A DNA stretch of 63,928 bases, filler included, from 5 parts of 5 records of this genome joined end to end with filler, not necessarily neighbours in it, one strand, 5' to 3'; numbered from the whole stretch's first letter, positions 10,221-21,009 are shown. Numbers and translations: made by a program. Notes: generated by a model from the letters alone, not told the origin.

Positions 10221-12550
10221 ATATCCATAATCTCGATGGTTGCTCCCCTGCGCCGCTGGCCCACTACCTCAAGGCCCTGGGCATATTGCGTCTTGTGGCC
10301 GAGCAGAAGGATCCGGAGGTAAGGGGATGGTGGGAAGGGGAACATTTTCGGTTGGCCACGGTGCTTGACCGGGATGAGCTGGAAGGGTTTTTTCTTGAAC
10401 ATTATGAGCCCACGCCGGTGGTGTCCCCTTGGAATAAAGGTTCGGGATTTTACTACGAAAATGATCCCGCGCTCAAAGCCTTTGAATTATCCCCGGCCGG
10501 AAGGGCAAACCATGTCAGGGATGCCATCGGGTCCGCTCGCCTGTCCCTTTCCGAAACCCTAGAGGCGGATGAACTGATCAGAGGGATCAAGGCGGAGGGC
10601 ATGGTCACCAAGGAAGACCGCGCCGGGCTTCGCCGGGAAATGGGCATCCCCCGGAAAAAGGGGACAAGGCTTACAAACAAACAAAAAGCGGAACTTAAAA
10701 GCCGTGAAGCACAGTTGAAAGCGAAAAAGAAGGCCCATGCAAAAACCGAGACCTATAAAAGGAGACTTGCCGGGGCAGAGCGAAAATTCAAACAGGCAAA
10801 AGCCGATATATTGCGCGTCATCCGCCTTTCCTGGCGGGGGCGCCATCGAAGCTGGATGGATGCCGCCATGGTTTTAGGGGAGGACGGAAAACCCCGGTAT
10901 CCGGCATTGCTCGGCACGGGGGGCAATGACGGCAGGCTCGATTTCACGAATAATTTTTTTCAACGGATCAATGAAATCTTCGATCTCTCCTCTCCGGATG
11001 GCCGACCCCGTCCGGAGGCCCGGATGTGGTTGACGGGCGCCCTTTGGGGGGCGCCGGTAAAAGGTTGCCAACCAAAGCGCGCCGTCGGGCAATATCTGCC
11101 GGGAATGGCGGGCGGAGCCAACAGCAACGCGGGGCCGGAAGGGAACAGCCTGCTTAATCCTTTTGATTTTGTACTGATGATGGAGGGAACCATTTCCTTT
11201 ACCGTTCATATGACCCGCCGGTTGGGTATTAGGGAGCAGGCCCGGGTGGCGGCGCCCTTTGCGGTGAGCGGAAAGGGCGCAGGATACGCCAGCGCAGGCC
11301 TTGCCGACGAAGGGGCCCGGGGGGAACAATGGATGCCCCTCTGGTCTAAACCGCTAACGTACTTTGAGTTTCGATATATCCTGAAGGAAGGACGAATGCA
11401 ATTGGGAAAGGACTTTGCCGGGGAACCGCTGGATGTGGCCCGGGCCGTGGCGCGCCTGGGTTCAGCCAGAGGCATTTCCGCTTTCGAACGTTACACCTAC
11501 GTTGAACGGAACGGTCAAAGCAACCTCGCGGTTCCCATCGGGCGGTTCAGGGTCCCGGATCGAATTTCGCCCTCCCTTTCCTGTCTTGATGATCTGGACG
11601 GCTGGCTGGGCCGGCTGCGCGTGCAAGTCCGATCGAAAAACGCTCCCGAATCCCTTCAATCGGCCGAGCGGCGGTTATCCGATGCCCTCTTTGCCGTCAC
11701 CCGGCATCCCGACGAATTCACCCGGTGGCAGGCTGTCCTGCTGGCCCTGGTCGACATTGAAGCGGTCATGCGGACCGGCGGGGGATTCAGGGCCGGTCCG
11801 GTTCCCCCGTTGCGCCCGGAATGGGCGGAAGCGGCAAATGACGGATCCCCTGAATTTCGCCTGGCCCTGGCTTGCGCCCTTCAATCCCCCTGGGACCCCC
11901 TACGCCGCCACTGGCTGCCCCTTAAGGAGGGTCGAATGCGCTTTGCGACGGCGGGAAGCGTCGCCGGGGCCGGTTTGGAACGGCTTCCGGAAGTGGTCAT
12001 GGAAGGAAGGGCCGGTCTGGATGACGCCATTGCCCTGGTGCAGCGAAGAATATTGGAGGCCGGGAAAAATCCGGAATACGGCTTTTCACTGGTTCCGGCC
12101 AGGGGGGCTTCAGCCTGCGTCGCCGACCTGGCCCTGTTACTGGCAGGCGGCGTGAACCTGGATTTGACCATGAAGCTTGCCAGGGCACTGATGGCCTTGA
12201 ACCGGAAGCAATGGGGCGAAAAACCCCGTCCCATCAACCGTCCGGATGACGACGCCTATCCCGATGACGCGTGGCTGGCGGTCCGTCTGACGATGTCACC
12301 CTATCCGCTTCCGCCCGAAGATAGACCCATCCCCTTGAATCCCGCCATCACCCGGAGACTTCAAAGCGGAGATGCCGCATCGGCGGTGGCTTCGGCCTTG
12401 CAACGGCTGAGGTCTTCCGGTATCGAAACCACGGTCCGGTTCGCCGCGGCAACTCCGGAAGTCGCCCGATTGTGGCTGGCGGCCCTGGCATTCCCCGTTC
12501 ACAAAGGTACGGCTGCGGGGTTCCTCCGCCGCCTGACCTCAAACACATGA
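10217..12550 (+). CDS. csx17: Type I-G large subunit Cas8g (Csx17)
   Basis: GCSPAPLAHYLKALG, SPWNKGSGF, LLGTGGNDGRLDFTNNF, NPFDFVL, ERNGQS motifs; position after cas3. Confidence 0.9.
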   Translation: MNIHNLDGCSPAPLAHYLKALGILRLVAEQKDPEVRGWWEGEHFRLATVLDRDELEGFFLEHYEPTPVVSPWNKGSGFYYENDPALKAFELSPAGRANHVRDAIGSARLSLSETLEADELIRGIKAEGMVTKEDRAGLRREMGIPRKKGTRLTNKQKAELKSREAQLKAKKKAHAKTETYKRRLAGAERKFKQAKADILRVIRLSWRGRHRSWMDAAMVLGEDGKPRYPALLGTGGNDGRLDFTNNFFQRINEIFDLSSPDGRPRPEARMWLTGALWGAPVKGCQPKRAVGQYLPGMAGGANSNAGPEGNSLLNPFDFVLMMEGTISFTVHMTRRLGIREQARVAAPFAVSGKGAGYASAGLADEGARGEQWMPLWSKPLTYFEFRYILKEGRMQLGKDFAGEPLDVARAVARLGSARGISAFERYTYVERNGQSNLAVPIGRFRVPDRISPSLSCLDDLDGWLGRLRVQVRSKNAPESLQSAERRLSDALFAVTRHPDEFTRWQAVLLALVDIEAVMRTGGGFRAGPVPPLRPEWAEAANDGSPEFRLALACALQSPWDPLRRHWLPLKEGRMRFATAGSVAGAGLERLPEVVMEGRAGLDDAIALVQRRILEAGKNPEYGFSLVPARGASACVADLALLLAGGVNLDLTMKLARALMALNRKQWGEKPRPINRPDDDAYPDDAWLAVRLTMSPYPLPPEDRPIPLNPAITRRLQSGDAASAVASALQRLRSSGIETTVRFAAATPEVARLWLAALAFPVHKGTAAGFLRRLTSNT

Positions 12551-12564
12551 AAGGAGAAAATCAA

Positions 12565-13554
12565 ATGAATATCGATCTGACCCCTTTAAACAACATCCAT
12601 CGCTTGCTTTTTGAAATCCCACTGGTCCCGGTACAGGGCCGCCGGTTTCAACCCACGGGATTTCCGGGCCTGGGTGCGGCCACTTTCCAGACTACGGAAG
12701 GAACATCCCTGCTGGTGGAAAGCGCCCAAAGCATGGCCAACCGGCTGGAGCTTGCCTGCTGGGATGAGGCCCGGCAGGATCTGAAACCCGAATTGGAAGG
12801 CCTATCCCACGTGCGGATCACCCGGAAAGGCGCTTTTCTCACGGACACCATTCTGGAAGCGCACCGCATTAACAGCCCTTATTTACTTGAAAATTCCAAT
12901 AAGACCTTTTTAAATGAATTAAAGGATGCCTTGGGCCTGTTGGAGATCGGGCCCGTTGACAGGCGGAAACTGGCCGAGGTCTTGCTGAAATTCGACATCG
13001 GCTCCCTGGTGCACGGGCTTTTTCTGGCAAAGAAAGACCTTGCCGGTGGTCGGCTTCGGGTGTCCCGGGCCCTGTCCGCTTTCATCGAAGCGGACGGGAT
13101 TCGGGTAGCGGCTTCCGGCGGGGTCAAGAATGACCATGTAAATCCTTCCGGGGTTACGAAAACAGGCTTCGGCAACGTCCCCTTTGCCCGTGACGAATTC
13201 ACGGCGGACCGGATAACCCTTTATGTCAATATGGATCTGGCTCAGATCCGCGGCTATGCCCTTGGAGAAGAGGTTGAGAGGCTCCTCATTCTGCTGGCCC
13301 TCTACAAGGTGCGGGTCTTGACCGGGGGAGGTATGCGCCTTCGCACGGCCTGTGACCTAAAAGTGGATGTTCCATCCATCAAAGCGGCCTTTCCGGAAAA
13401 CTTCGCGCTGCCGGCCCACAATGAGTTGATCGATGACCTGAAACCGGCCATTGCCGCATGCAGGGACCGCATGGTGGTGACGGAAACGGCCTTTGAAGAC
13501 AAGCTTGAGAAAGCCAAGGAAAAGAAGAGCGATGTATCCGAAAGCGAGGATTAA
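12565..13554 (+). CDS. csb1: Type I-G Cas7 (Csb1)
   Basis: RFQPTGFP, LLVESAQSMANRLE, EAHRINSPY, GGVKND, GFGNVPF, LRTACDL; AAGGAG RBS. Confidence 0.92.
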   Translation: MNIDLTPLNNIHRLLFEIPLVPVQGRRFQPTGFPGLGAATFQTTEGTSLLVESAQSMANRLELACWDEARQDLKPELEGLSHVRITRKGAFLTDTILEAHRINSPYLLENSNKTFLNELKDALGLLEIGPVDRRKLAEVLLKFDIGSLVHGLFLAKKDLAGGRLRVSRALSAFIEADGIRVAASGGVKNDHVNPSGVTKTGFGNVPFARDEFTADRITLYVNMDLAQIRGYALGEEVERLLILLALYKVRVLTGGGMRLRTACDLKVDVPSIKAAFPENFALPAHNELIDDLKPAIAACRDRMVVTETAFEDKLEKAKEKKSDVSESED

Positions 13555-13556
13555 CC

Positions 13557-15188
13557 ATGCCGACCCTGAAGATACGTTTCCCGGCAAAGCGGTATCACGC
13601 AACCCCCTGGGGACATCATGTGAACGAGGGGATCATTGAGTGGCCCCCGTCCCCCTGGCGTTTGTTGCGCGCCCTGTTGGCGACGGGCTATGCAAAGGCC
13701 CGTTGGAACGGGGATCGGCCCCCGGCCGTGGCCCGGGCACTGATCGAAAAACTTGCTTCCGTGTTGCCGGTGTATGATTTACCGCCCATGGCCGGCGCAC
13801 ACAGCCGGCACTACATGCCCCTCGGCCGTTTCAAAAAGGGACAGGAAGACCGGACCCTGGTTTTCGACACCTGGGGCCGGATATGCGAAGGGGCTCTGTT
13901 CGTAACATGGAATGTTCATTTGGAAGCGGCTGAAACCCGGCTCTTGGCCCGGCTGGCTGAACAATTGAACTATCTGGGGCGTTCGGAGAGTTGGGTGGAT
14001 GCACAACTCCTGCCCGCGGATAAAAACACAGGTGAAGGGAACTGTTTCCCTTCCGATGAAGCCCCGCCTCCCGGTTGGGAACAGATTCCTCTTTTGGCCC
14101 CCCAATCAAAAGAGGCATACGCGACATGGCGGAAATCCGCCGCGACATCGGCCCTTGCAGACCTGCCTTTACCCGAATCATCCCAAAAGAAGCCCTCAAA
14201 AACCCTGCTTGCAAAACGGAAAAAAGCCATGGCCCCCTATCCGAAGGACCTGATCGCCTGTCTTCAGGCCACAACCCCCCGGCTGCATCAACAGGGTTGG
14301 AGCCGGCCTCCCGGAAGCCGTAAAATTCTGTACCGGCGCCCAATCGACGCCATTGAAGCGGGCGCTCCCCGGCTCCGTCACCGGAAGGTGATGTTTTCGA
14401 CCGTACAGTTCATGCTCCTTTCCATGACCGCGGAAAGCCGTAACGACCATGCCTTGCCGGCCGTAAACCGGACCCTGCCCCAGGCGGAACAGATTCACAG
14501 GGCGCTAGTAAGCCGCTCCAATGGTATGGGTGAATACTGCCCTGTCCTGACCGGATGCGACGGGGAAAAGAAACCGCTTCGGGGGCCCCATCGGCATGCC
14601 CATGTGTTGCCCCTCGATCTCAACCGGGACGGTCATCTGGACCATGTTTTGCTTTGGGCGCCCGGCGGCATCGATGCCGTGGCGCAGCGTGTCGTGCGAA
14701 GTATCCGCCGGACCTACACAAAGGTTGGGATCGAGCCTTTGCGTCTGGCGGTGGTTGGAACGGGGAATATGGAAAATCTAAGATCGCTTCCCGCGGAATA
14801 CGGCCGGAGTATGAATGACATTCTGGGGCCGGAAAGGGGCGCCACGGAATGGGTCAGTTTGACGCCCTTTGTGGCGCCGCGCTATCTCAAGAAATCGGGC
14901 CGGAACACTCTATTCGGCCAGGTGGGTGCGGAATTGGCGTCACGGGGGCTTCCGGAACCCGAAAAGGTCAGTATCCTCGATCCAGGCAGGCATTCCGATT
15001 TTTTATATCATCGCCATTTTATCCGGAAACGCCGGAAGGGCCCTCAACCCCCGGCTGATTTCGGTTATTCCTTAAAGCTTCGGCTAAAAACGCCTGTTAC
15101 GGGACCCCTCTGCCTGGGGTACGCCGGCCATTTCGGAATGGGCCTTTTTCGGGCCGTTGTGGGAGGATCTGTCCAAACAGGCCCATGA
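13557..15188 (+). CDS. csb2: Type I-G Cas5/Cas6 fusion (Csb2)
   Basis: YHATPW, EWPPSPWRLLRAL, YLGRSES; C-terminal Cas6 G-loop GPLCLGYAGHFGMGLF. Confidence 0.92.
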   Translation: MPTLKIRFPAKRYHATPWGHHVNEGIIEWPPSPWRLLRALLATGYAKARWNGDRPPAVARALIEKLASVLPVYDLPPMAGAHSRHYMPLGRFKKGQEDRTLVFDTWGRICEGALFVTWNVHLEAAETRLLARLAEQLNYLGRSESWVDAQLLPADKNTGEGNCFPSDEAPPPGWEQIPLLAPQSKEAYATWRKSAATSALADLPLPESSQKKPSKTLLAKRKKAMAPYPKDLIACLQATTPRLHQQGWSRPPGSRKILYRRPIDAIEAGAPRLRHRKVMFSTVQFMLLSMTAESRNDHALPAVNRTLPQAEQIHRALVSRSNGMGEYCPVLTGCDGEKKPLRGPHRHAHVLPLDLNRDGHLDHVLLWAPGGIDAVAQRVVRSIRRTYTKVGIEPLRLAVVGTGNMENLRSLPAEYGRSMNDILGPERGATEWVSLTPFVAPRYLKKSGRNTLFGQVGAELASRGLPEPEKVSILDPGRHSDFLYHRHFIRKRRKGPQPPADFGYSLKLRLKTPVTGPLCLGYAGHFGMGLFRAVVGGSVQTGP

Positions 15189-15237
15189 GAATCATTACAA
15201 ACGGGATCTCCCGGAGCCCCCCTAAAGAGGAAGGATC

Positions 15238-16932
15238 ATGGATCATCATCCGCATCAAGTCCAACCCCTTATCCCCCTTCGCATGCTCAACGAGTATGTG
15301 TACTGCCCCCGGCTGGCCTATCTGGAATGGGTCCAGGGGGAATTCGCCCACAACGCCGATACGGTGGACGGGGCCATCAAGCACAAGCGGGTGGACAAAG
15401 GAAAGGGGAGGCTTCCCGCCCGGCCGGAAGCGGATGAAAAGATCCACGCCAGATCCGTCAGCCTGAGTTCAAGACGGTTGGGCATCACCGGAAAGCTGGA
15501 TCTGGTGGAGGGAGAAGGATTGAGGGTGACCCCTGTTGATTACAAGCGGGGCAAACGGCCCCACATCCCCGGCCGGGCCCATGCGCCCGAGCGGGTTCAG
15601 GTGTGCGGCCAGGGGTTGCTGTTGAGAGAACACGGCTTTTCATGCGACCGGGGGATTCTCTACTTTATCGGATCCAAAGAGCGTGTAACGGTCCCTTTTG
15701 ATGAGCCCCTGATTGATGATACCCTGGTTGCCATCGATGGCCTTAAGGCCGCTGCCGCCGCCGGGAAGATGCCCCCGCCCCTGGCGGACAGCCCCAAATG
15801 CATCCGGTGTTCCCTTGCCGGCATCTGTCTTCCGGATGAGACTTTTTTCCTGGGCGACGGAAACAATCCCGAACCCCGCCCCATTTTCGCCGCCGACGAC
15901 GAGGCGCTTCCCCTCCACGTTCAGACGCCGGGGGCCTATGTCCGCAAGAGCGGCGGGCAGTTCGTCATTGAATTGGACAGGAAAAAGGCGGCTGAAATCC
16001 GAATTTCGGATGTCAGCCAGATGGTACTCTACGGACACGGCACCGTAACCACCCCCGCATTGCACGAGTGCATGAGGCGGGAAATCCCGGTCACTTTCCA
16101 GAGTTATGGAGGTTGGTTTTTGGGGCATACCGTGGGGACCGGCCATAAGAACGTGGAAACCCGGACGGTCCAATACAGAACAAGTTTCAATGCCAAAGCC
16201 TGTCTCAAACTGGCAGGATCCCTGGTGGCGGACAAGATTTTAAACTGCCGGACCCTGTTGCGCAGGAATTGGAAAGGCACCGGGAAAGAAAAGGAGAAAG
16301 CGCCGGCGACCGTGCTGAACGGTCTTTTGTTTGATGCGGAAAACGCCCGCAAGGCTTCTTCCCTTGAAACCCTTTTGGGAATCGAAGGCGCTGCCGCCGC
16401 TCGATATTTTCAGAACTTTACGAACCTTTTGAAGCCGCCGCCCGAAGGGGAGGATCCTTTAATATTTGATTTCAAGGGCAGGAACCGACGTCCTCCAAAA
16501 GATCCCGTTAACGCCATGCTCTCCTTTGCATACGCCATGCTGGCGCGGCAATGGACCGTGACCCTGGCCGCCGTGGGTCTGGATCCCTATCGGGGTTTTT
16601 ATCATCAACCCCGGTTCGGGAGGCCCGCACTGGCCCTGGACATGATGGAGACCTTCCGTCCCCTGATCGCCGATTCAACGGTGATTACCTGCGTCAACAA
16701 TAAAGAGATTTTGCCGAAGGATTTTCTGGCTGCGGCCGGCGCCTGCACCCTTAAGGACAGCGGCAGGAAGCGCTTCATCAGGGCATTTGAGCGAAGGCTG
16801 TCCCAGGAAATCGTCCATCCCGTCTTTCATTACCGCATCAGCTATCGAAGGGTCCTGGAGGTGCAGGCAAGGCTCCTGATTCGGTATCTTGCCGGGGAGA
16901 TTCCCGAATTTCCGGGTTTTGTTACGCGATGA
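15238..16932 (+). CDS. cas1: Cas4-Cas1 fusion
   Basis: Cas4 motifs [23 protein letters not shown]; Cas1 motifs [35 protein letters not shown]. Confidence 0.95.
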   Translation: MDHHPHQVQPLIPLRMLNEYVYCPRLAYLEWVQGEFAHNADTVDGAIKHKRVDKGKGRLPARPEADEKIHARSVSLSSRRLGITGKLDLVEGEGLRVTPVDYKRGKRPHIPGRAHAPERVQVCGQGLLLREHGFSCDRGILYFIGSKERVTVPFDEPLIDDTLVAIDGLKAAAAAGKMPPPLADSPKCIRCSLAGICLPDETFFLGDGNNPEPRPIFAADDEALPLHVQTPGAYVRKSGGQFVIELDRKKAAEIRISDVSQMVLYGHGTVTTPALHECMRREIPVTFQSYGGWFLGHTVGTGHKNVETRTVQYRTSFNAKACLKLAGSLVADKILNCRTLLRRNWKGTGKEKEKAPATVLNGLLFDAENARKASSLETLLGIEGAAAARYFQNFTNLLKPPPEGEDPLIFDFKGRNRRPPKDPVNAMLSFAYAMLARQWTVTLAAVGLDPYRGFYHQPRFGRPALALDMMETFRPLIADSTVITCVNNKEILPKDFLAAAGACTLKDSGRKRFIRAFERRLSQEIVHPVFHYRISYRRVLEVQARLLIRYLAGEIPEFPGFVTR

Positions 16933-17222
16933 AAAAAGAACGCCTTTACATTGTCACCTACGACATCAAGGACGACCGCAGATGGCGAAGGATATACCGG
17001 ACCCTGAAAGGTTACGGCGAGTGGCTGCAGTTGTCGGTTTTTCAGTGCAGACTGACGAGAACAAAGGCGATCCGGCTGGAGGCCACCCTCAAGGAATTGG
17101 TCAACCGGGCGGAGGATCATGTGTTGTTTCTGGATCTCGGCCCTGCCGAAAACGCCGGGCCAAGGGTCAGTAGTCTGGGAAAGCCGTTTGAACCCATTTC
17201 CCGAGAAGCCATGGTGGTATAG
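16929..17222 (+). CDS. cas2: Cas2
   Basis: [18 protein letters not shown]. Confidence 0.95.
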   Translation: MKKERLYIVTYDIKDDRRWRRIYRTLKGYGEWLQLSVFQCRLTRTKAIRLEATLKELVNRAEDHVLFLDLGPAENAGPRVSSLGKPFEPISREAMVV

Positions 17223-17427
17223 TGCAATCCGCCCTTTTGCAGCGAGCGGTTTTGTGATGCGGAAATTCATGGATCCTCTCGCGGCCGGGCAAGTTCTTTG
17301 ATAATTGAATAAAACAGGCGCAAGTCGATGGTTTCACCCTTGACCGAGGGAGTGAAAAGTGCGAAAGTTTGGACCTCTCGCAAAATCAAGTAAATAAGAT
17401 TTCAGATCAAAGAGTTAGAGAAAAGCG
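17223..17427 (+). promoter_or_regulatory. CRISPR leader with IHF-like site
   Basis: Lies between cas2 and the repeat; two CCTCTCGC motifs; ATCAA-N4-TTA at 17406-17417. Confidence 0.6.
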
Positions 17428-17456
17428 GTTTTCCAGGGTTTAACCGCCCTGGCCTC
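17428..17456 (+). CRISPR. First CRISPR repeat, truncated by contig end
   Basis: GTTTTCCAGGGTTTAACCGCCCTGGCCTC with CCAGGG/CCCTGG stem; resembles type I-G repeats that end ..GGCCTCATTGAAGC; no spacers visible. Confidence 0.75.
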
Positions 17457-17556
17457 NNNNNNNNNNNNNNNNNNNNNNNNNNNNNNNNNNNNNNNNNNNN
17501 TTAATTAATTAANNNNNNNNNNNNNNNNNNNNNNNNNNNNNNNNNNNNNNNNNNNN
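17457..17556. other. Artificial contig linker
   Basis: 44 N + TTAATTAATTAA + 44 N. Confidence 0.97.
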
Positions 17557-17557
17557 A

Positions 17558-18064
17558 CCTTTTGAAATTGTTGAATTTCAGCATTTCAAACCCGGTAAGG
17601 GCGGCGCATTTGTCCGCACTAAACTGCGTAACATGTTTACCGGCCGTATCACCGACCAGACTTTTCGTTCCGGTGAAAAAGTAGTTAAGCCTGACATGGC
17701 TACTAAAGAAATGCAGTATCTTTATAAAGACGGTGAGGATTACGTACTCATGGACCTCGAATCTTACGAGCAAATGAACGTTGCTGCTGATGTGATCTCC
17801 ACCGCAGGTGGTTTCCTTAAAGAAGGCGAAACCAATAAGGCCCTGCTTTACAATGGTGAAGTAATCGGCATTGAACTGCCAGCTTCAGTCGTTTTGGTTG
17901 TTTCCCAGACTGATCCTGGCATTCAGGGTGACCGCGTAAGTAACGCAACTAAGCCTGCTACCCTCGAGACCGGACTGGGTATCAACGTACCTCTGTTCAT
18001 CAACGAAGGTGATAAGATCAAGGTAGACACTCGCTCCAGCGAATACCTCGGTCGCGAAAAGTAA
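17558..18064 (+). CDS. efp: Elongation factor P (5' truncated)
   Basis: [29 protein letters not shown]. Confidence 0.95.
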   Translation, partial: PFEIVEFQHFKPGKGGAFVRTKLRNMFTGRITDQTFRSGEKVVKPDMATKEMQYLYKDGEDYVLMDLESYEQMNVAADVISTAGGFLKEGETNKALLYNGEVIGIELPASVVLVVSQTDPGIQGDRVSNATKPATLETGLGINVPLFINEGDKIKVDTRSSEYLGREK

Positions 18065-18078
18065 TTCGTACTTACTCC

Positions 18079-18105
18079 TTTCGGGGAGCTTCGTGCTCCC
18101 CGAAA
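18079..18105 (+). terminator. Hairpin after efp
   Basis: TTTCGGGGAGC-N5-GCTCCCCGAAA. Confidence 0.55.
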
Positions 18106-18137
18106 ATTGAATATTTCGTTCATCTTAAAAGAGATGG

Positions 18138-20417
18138 ATGCTGCGCCAACCTGCCCTTATCCGGGAACAAACGGAGGATGAGACACTGCCAAGCGGAAAA
18201 TTCGCAAAAGAGATTTCCGGCATGTTCTGGATTTTTTTAGCCGTATTTCTTTTTATAAGCATGTACTCTTACCATCCGGGTGATCCGACCCTTAATCAGG
18301 CAGTCAGCAGCAGCTGGAAAGTCAAAAATCTTATTGGCCCTGCCGGATCATATGCAGCCGGGGTTCTTGTTGAGATGCTTGGTCTCGGCTCGTGGATGGT
18401 TCCTTTCTATTTTCTTTTTCTCGGTATTACCTCATTTCTTTCTGCTCTTCGTCAACCGTGGTGGCGCTGGACCGGACTGGTACTTCTTTACGTTTGCCTG
18501 TTGGCATGGTCTTCCCATCCTTGGCTGGTTAAATTTCAGAAGACTCTTGTTATTCACGAGGGTGGTTTTATTGGTGCGCTTCTTTCCAAGTGGTCCTTCA
18601 AGTATCTCAAGCCCGTGGGCGCATTTCTTTTTTGGATGTTCATGACTCTTGCCGGAATTCAGCTGACCCTGAATTTAAGCTGGGCTTCCATAGGTAAGAG
18701 ACTGCGTTCTCTTTTTACCGATTTCTGGCTCAAGAACAAAGAACGTGTGGGGCGTAAGGCCAAGCGCATGCAGGCTGAGCAGAAAATCAAGCGTGCTGAA
18801 CGTAAAAAGAATAAAGCTAAAGCAAAAGCCCGTAAAGAAGCAGAAGCTGAAATAGTTGAAGATGTAGACTCTGAAGAAGAGGGCGATGTCCTTGTTCTCA
18901 AACCTTTTGCCGAACAGCCCGCCAAGAAAGAAAAGGCCAAAGCTAAGCCAAAGAAGCCCAAGGCTAAGAAAATCGACACCAGTACTGATTTTCCCGCTCT
19001 GGATTTCCTTGCCGAACCCAATGTTGCCGGGGTTCAATTTGATCCTAAAGACCTTGAAGAGAAGACCGAGGCCTTGAAGGTCTGTCTTAAAGATTTCAAT
19101 ATTGACGGAGAAGTTCAGAAAGTTATTCCCGGTCCGGTTGTAACTATGTTTGAATTCCGTCCTGCACCGGGTGTTAAGGTCAGCAAGATTGCTAACCTGA
19201 CCGACGACCTCGCACTCGCCCTTAAAGCTACAGCAGTTCGTATTGAAGCTCCCATTCCGGGTAAGGATTCCGTTGGGATTGAGATTCCTAATGATAATCG
19301 TCAGACTGTCTACCTGCGCGAAATTTTCGAACACAGTTGTTTTACCAAGTCCAAATCTGCACTGACCATGGCCCTTGGTAAAGACATTCAGGGTGAACCA
19401 GTTTCTGCTGATCTTGCCAAAATGCCGCATTTGCTGGTTGCAGGGGCTACCGGAGCGGGTAAGAGTGTTTGCCTGAACGGTCTGCTTATGTCCATGCTCT
19501 ACAAAGCCGGACCTGAGGAACTTAAGCTGCTGCTTATCGACCCTAAGCGTATTGAACTGGCTGTTTACGCCAGTCTGCCGCATCTCGTGCATCCCGTTGT
19601 CACTGATATGGCTCTTGCCAAGTCTGCTCTTGAGTGGGCCGTCTTCGAGATGGACAAACGCTACGAGAACATGGCCCGTCTTGGCGTGCGTAATATTGCC
19701 AGTTACAACGAAAAGCTGGCCAAGTCCGGTGACGACCTTCCCGAAGAATTGGAAGATCTTGAACCTATGCCGTATCTGGTCATCATTGTGGACGAGTTGG
19801 CAGACCTTATGCTCACAGCCGGTAAGGATGTGGAAATCAGCATTGTTCGTCTTGCACAGCTCGCCCGTGCTGCCGGGATACACATCATCCTCGCGACTCA
19901 GCGTCCGTCAGTCGATGTCGTAACCGGCTTGATCAAGGCCAACTTTCCGACCCGTATTTCATTTCAAGTTACCTCCAAGCACGATTCTCGCACCATTCTT
20001 GATATGGTCGGTGCTGAAAAGTTGCTCGGTCGTGGTGACATGCTCTTTAAGCCCAGTGGTTCAAAGCTGCGCAGACTGCATGGCGCACTTGTAGAAGATG
20101 ACGAGATCAAAGGTGTTGTGGATTTCTGGAAGAAGAAATATCCGCAGGATTTCGAACTTGATTTCAGCGACTGGAAGGAGTCCGGTTCATCTGGCCCCGG
20201 TGCCGGAAGTATGCCCGGAGAGTCCGATGATCCGGTCTACAACGAAGCTGTTGAGTTCGTAGTCGGGCAGGGCAAGGCTTCAATTTCATTGTTGCAGCGT
20301 CGTTTTCGTATCGGTTTCAACCGAGCCGCACGTTTCATCGAACAGATGGAACAAGACGGTATTCTCGGTCCACAGGACGGCAGCAAGCCACGCATAGTAC
20401 TTGTTACTAAAGATTAG
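18138..20417 (+). CDS. ftsK: DNA translocase FtsK
   Basis: N-terminal TM segments, AGATGAGKS, DELADLM, ATQRPS, gamma domain LLQRRFRIGFNRAAR; start uncertain. Confidence 0.95.
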   Translation: MLRQPALIREQTEDETLPSGKFAKEISGMFWIFLAVFLFISMYSYHPGDPTLNQAVSSSWKVKNLIGPAGSYAAGVLVEMLGLGSWMVPFYFLFLGITSFLSALRQPWWRWTGLVLLYVCLLAWSSHPWLVKFQKTLVIHEGGFIGALLSKWSFKYLKPVGAFLFWMFMTLAGIQLTLNLSWASIGKRLRSLFTDFWLKNKERVGRKAKRMQAEQKIKRAERKKNKAKAKARKEAEAEIVEDVDSEEEGDVLVLKPFAEQPAKKEKAKAKPKKPKAKKIDTSTDFPALDFLAEPNVAGVQFDPKDLEEKTEALKVCLKDFNIDGEVQKVIPGPVVTMFEFRPAPGVKVSKIANLTDDLALALKATAVRIEAPIPGKDSVGIEIPNDNRQTVYLREIFEHSCFTKSKSALTMALGKDIQGEPVSADLAKMPHLLVAGATGAGKSVCLNGLLMSMLYKAGPEELKLLLIDPKRIELAVYASLPHLVHPVVTDMALAKSALEWAVFEMDKRYENMARLGVRNIASYNEKLAKSGDDLPEELEDLEPMPYLVIIVDELADLMLTAGKDVEISIVRLAQLARAAGIHIILATQRPSVDVVTGLIKANFPTRISFQVTSKHDSRTILDMVGAEKLLGRGDMLFKPSGSKLRRLHGALVEDDEIKGVVDFWKKKYPQDFELDFSDWKESGSSGPGAGSMPGESDDPVYNEAVEFVVGQGKASISLLQRRFRIGFNRAARFIEQMEQDGILGPQDGSKPRIVLVTKD

Positions 20418-20440
20418 TATGCTTTGCAGTTTTAATTTTT

Positions 20441-20477
20441 AAGACCGCAATATTAATAAATATTGCGGTCTTTTTTT
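20441..20477 (+). terminator. Intrinsic terminator after ftsK
   Basis: AAGACCGCAATATT..AATATTGCGGTCTT followed by a T run. Confidence 0.75.
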
Positions 20478-20481
20478 GAAG

Positions 20482-20949
20482 CTAACTCCAGATAAATTTA
20501 AATGGGCAACAATCTCCGCCTTCTGCGAGAGTTGTTTCGCGGATCATGCTTAATTTCTCGCTGTAGCCTTTGGCAAAAGGCTCGTCGCGGGAACAGGAAA
20601 GCAGGGTGCAGAGTTCTGTGGGTAAGCCCATTTCGAGGTATGATTCCTGATAACGGCAACGAATCACTTTTACTGTCAATTCATTGCCGTTAATTGAGAT
20701 GTCCGCTACTTCGATGGCGTCATCTCTTTTCCAGATTCCTACCACAGTGGAAAAATGTTCGAGATTAGGCGTGTCTACGGACGCGGCAAAAGTTTGTCCG
20801 GCCTTGCGGGCTGATTTTTGCAAGTTCTTGGTTATGATTTGCAGGGCTTTTTCTTTGCCGAACTGTTCGCTCATGGTTTTATACAGTTCGCCGTATAGCT
20901 CGGCTTCGATGATCCGGCGGGAAATTTGTGATACAGGTTGTACTTTCAT
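20482..20949 (-). CDS. L-2-amino-thiazoline-4-carboxylic acid hydrolase-like protein
   Basis: RCRY..LSCSRD..TLAEGGDCCPF pattern. Confidence 0.7.
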   Translation of the reverse strand: MKVQPVSQISRRIIEAELYGELYKTMSEQFGKEKALQIITKNLQKSARKAGQTFAASVDTPNLEHFSTVVGIWKRDDAIEVADISINGNELTVKVIRCRYQESYLEMGLPTELCTLLSCSRDEPFAKGYSEKLSMIRETTLAEGGDCCPFKFIWS

Positions 20950-21009
20950 AATTAATCCAAAAGGGTTAAGACTGTTTTTGTAGATGAACCCGAATTCACG
21001 AGGAGAATA

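Noticed and set aside
17501-17512. TTAATTAATTAA palindrome, and ORFs running through N blocks
   Set aside because: Artificial linker, identical at all four junctions
18675-19883. Long antisense ORFs (also 752-1624, 40352-41428, 48717-49556)
   Set aside because: Shadows of well-supported genes on the opposite strand
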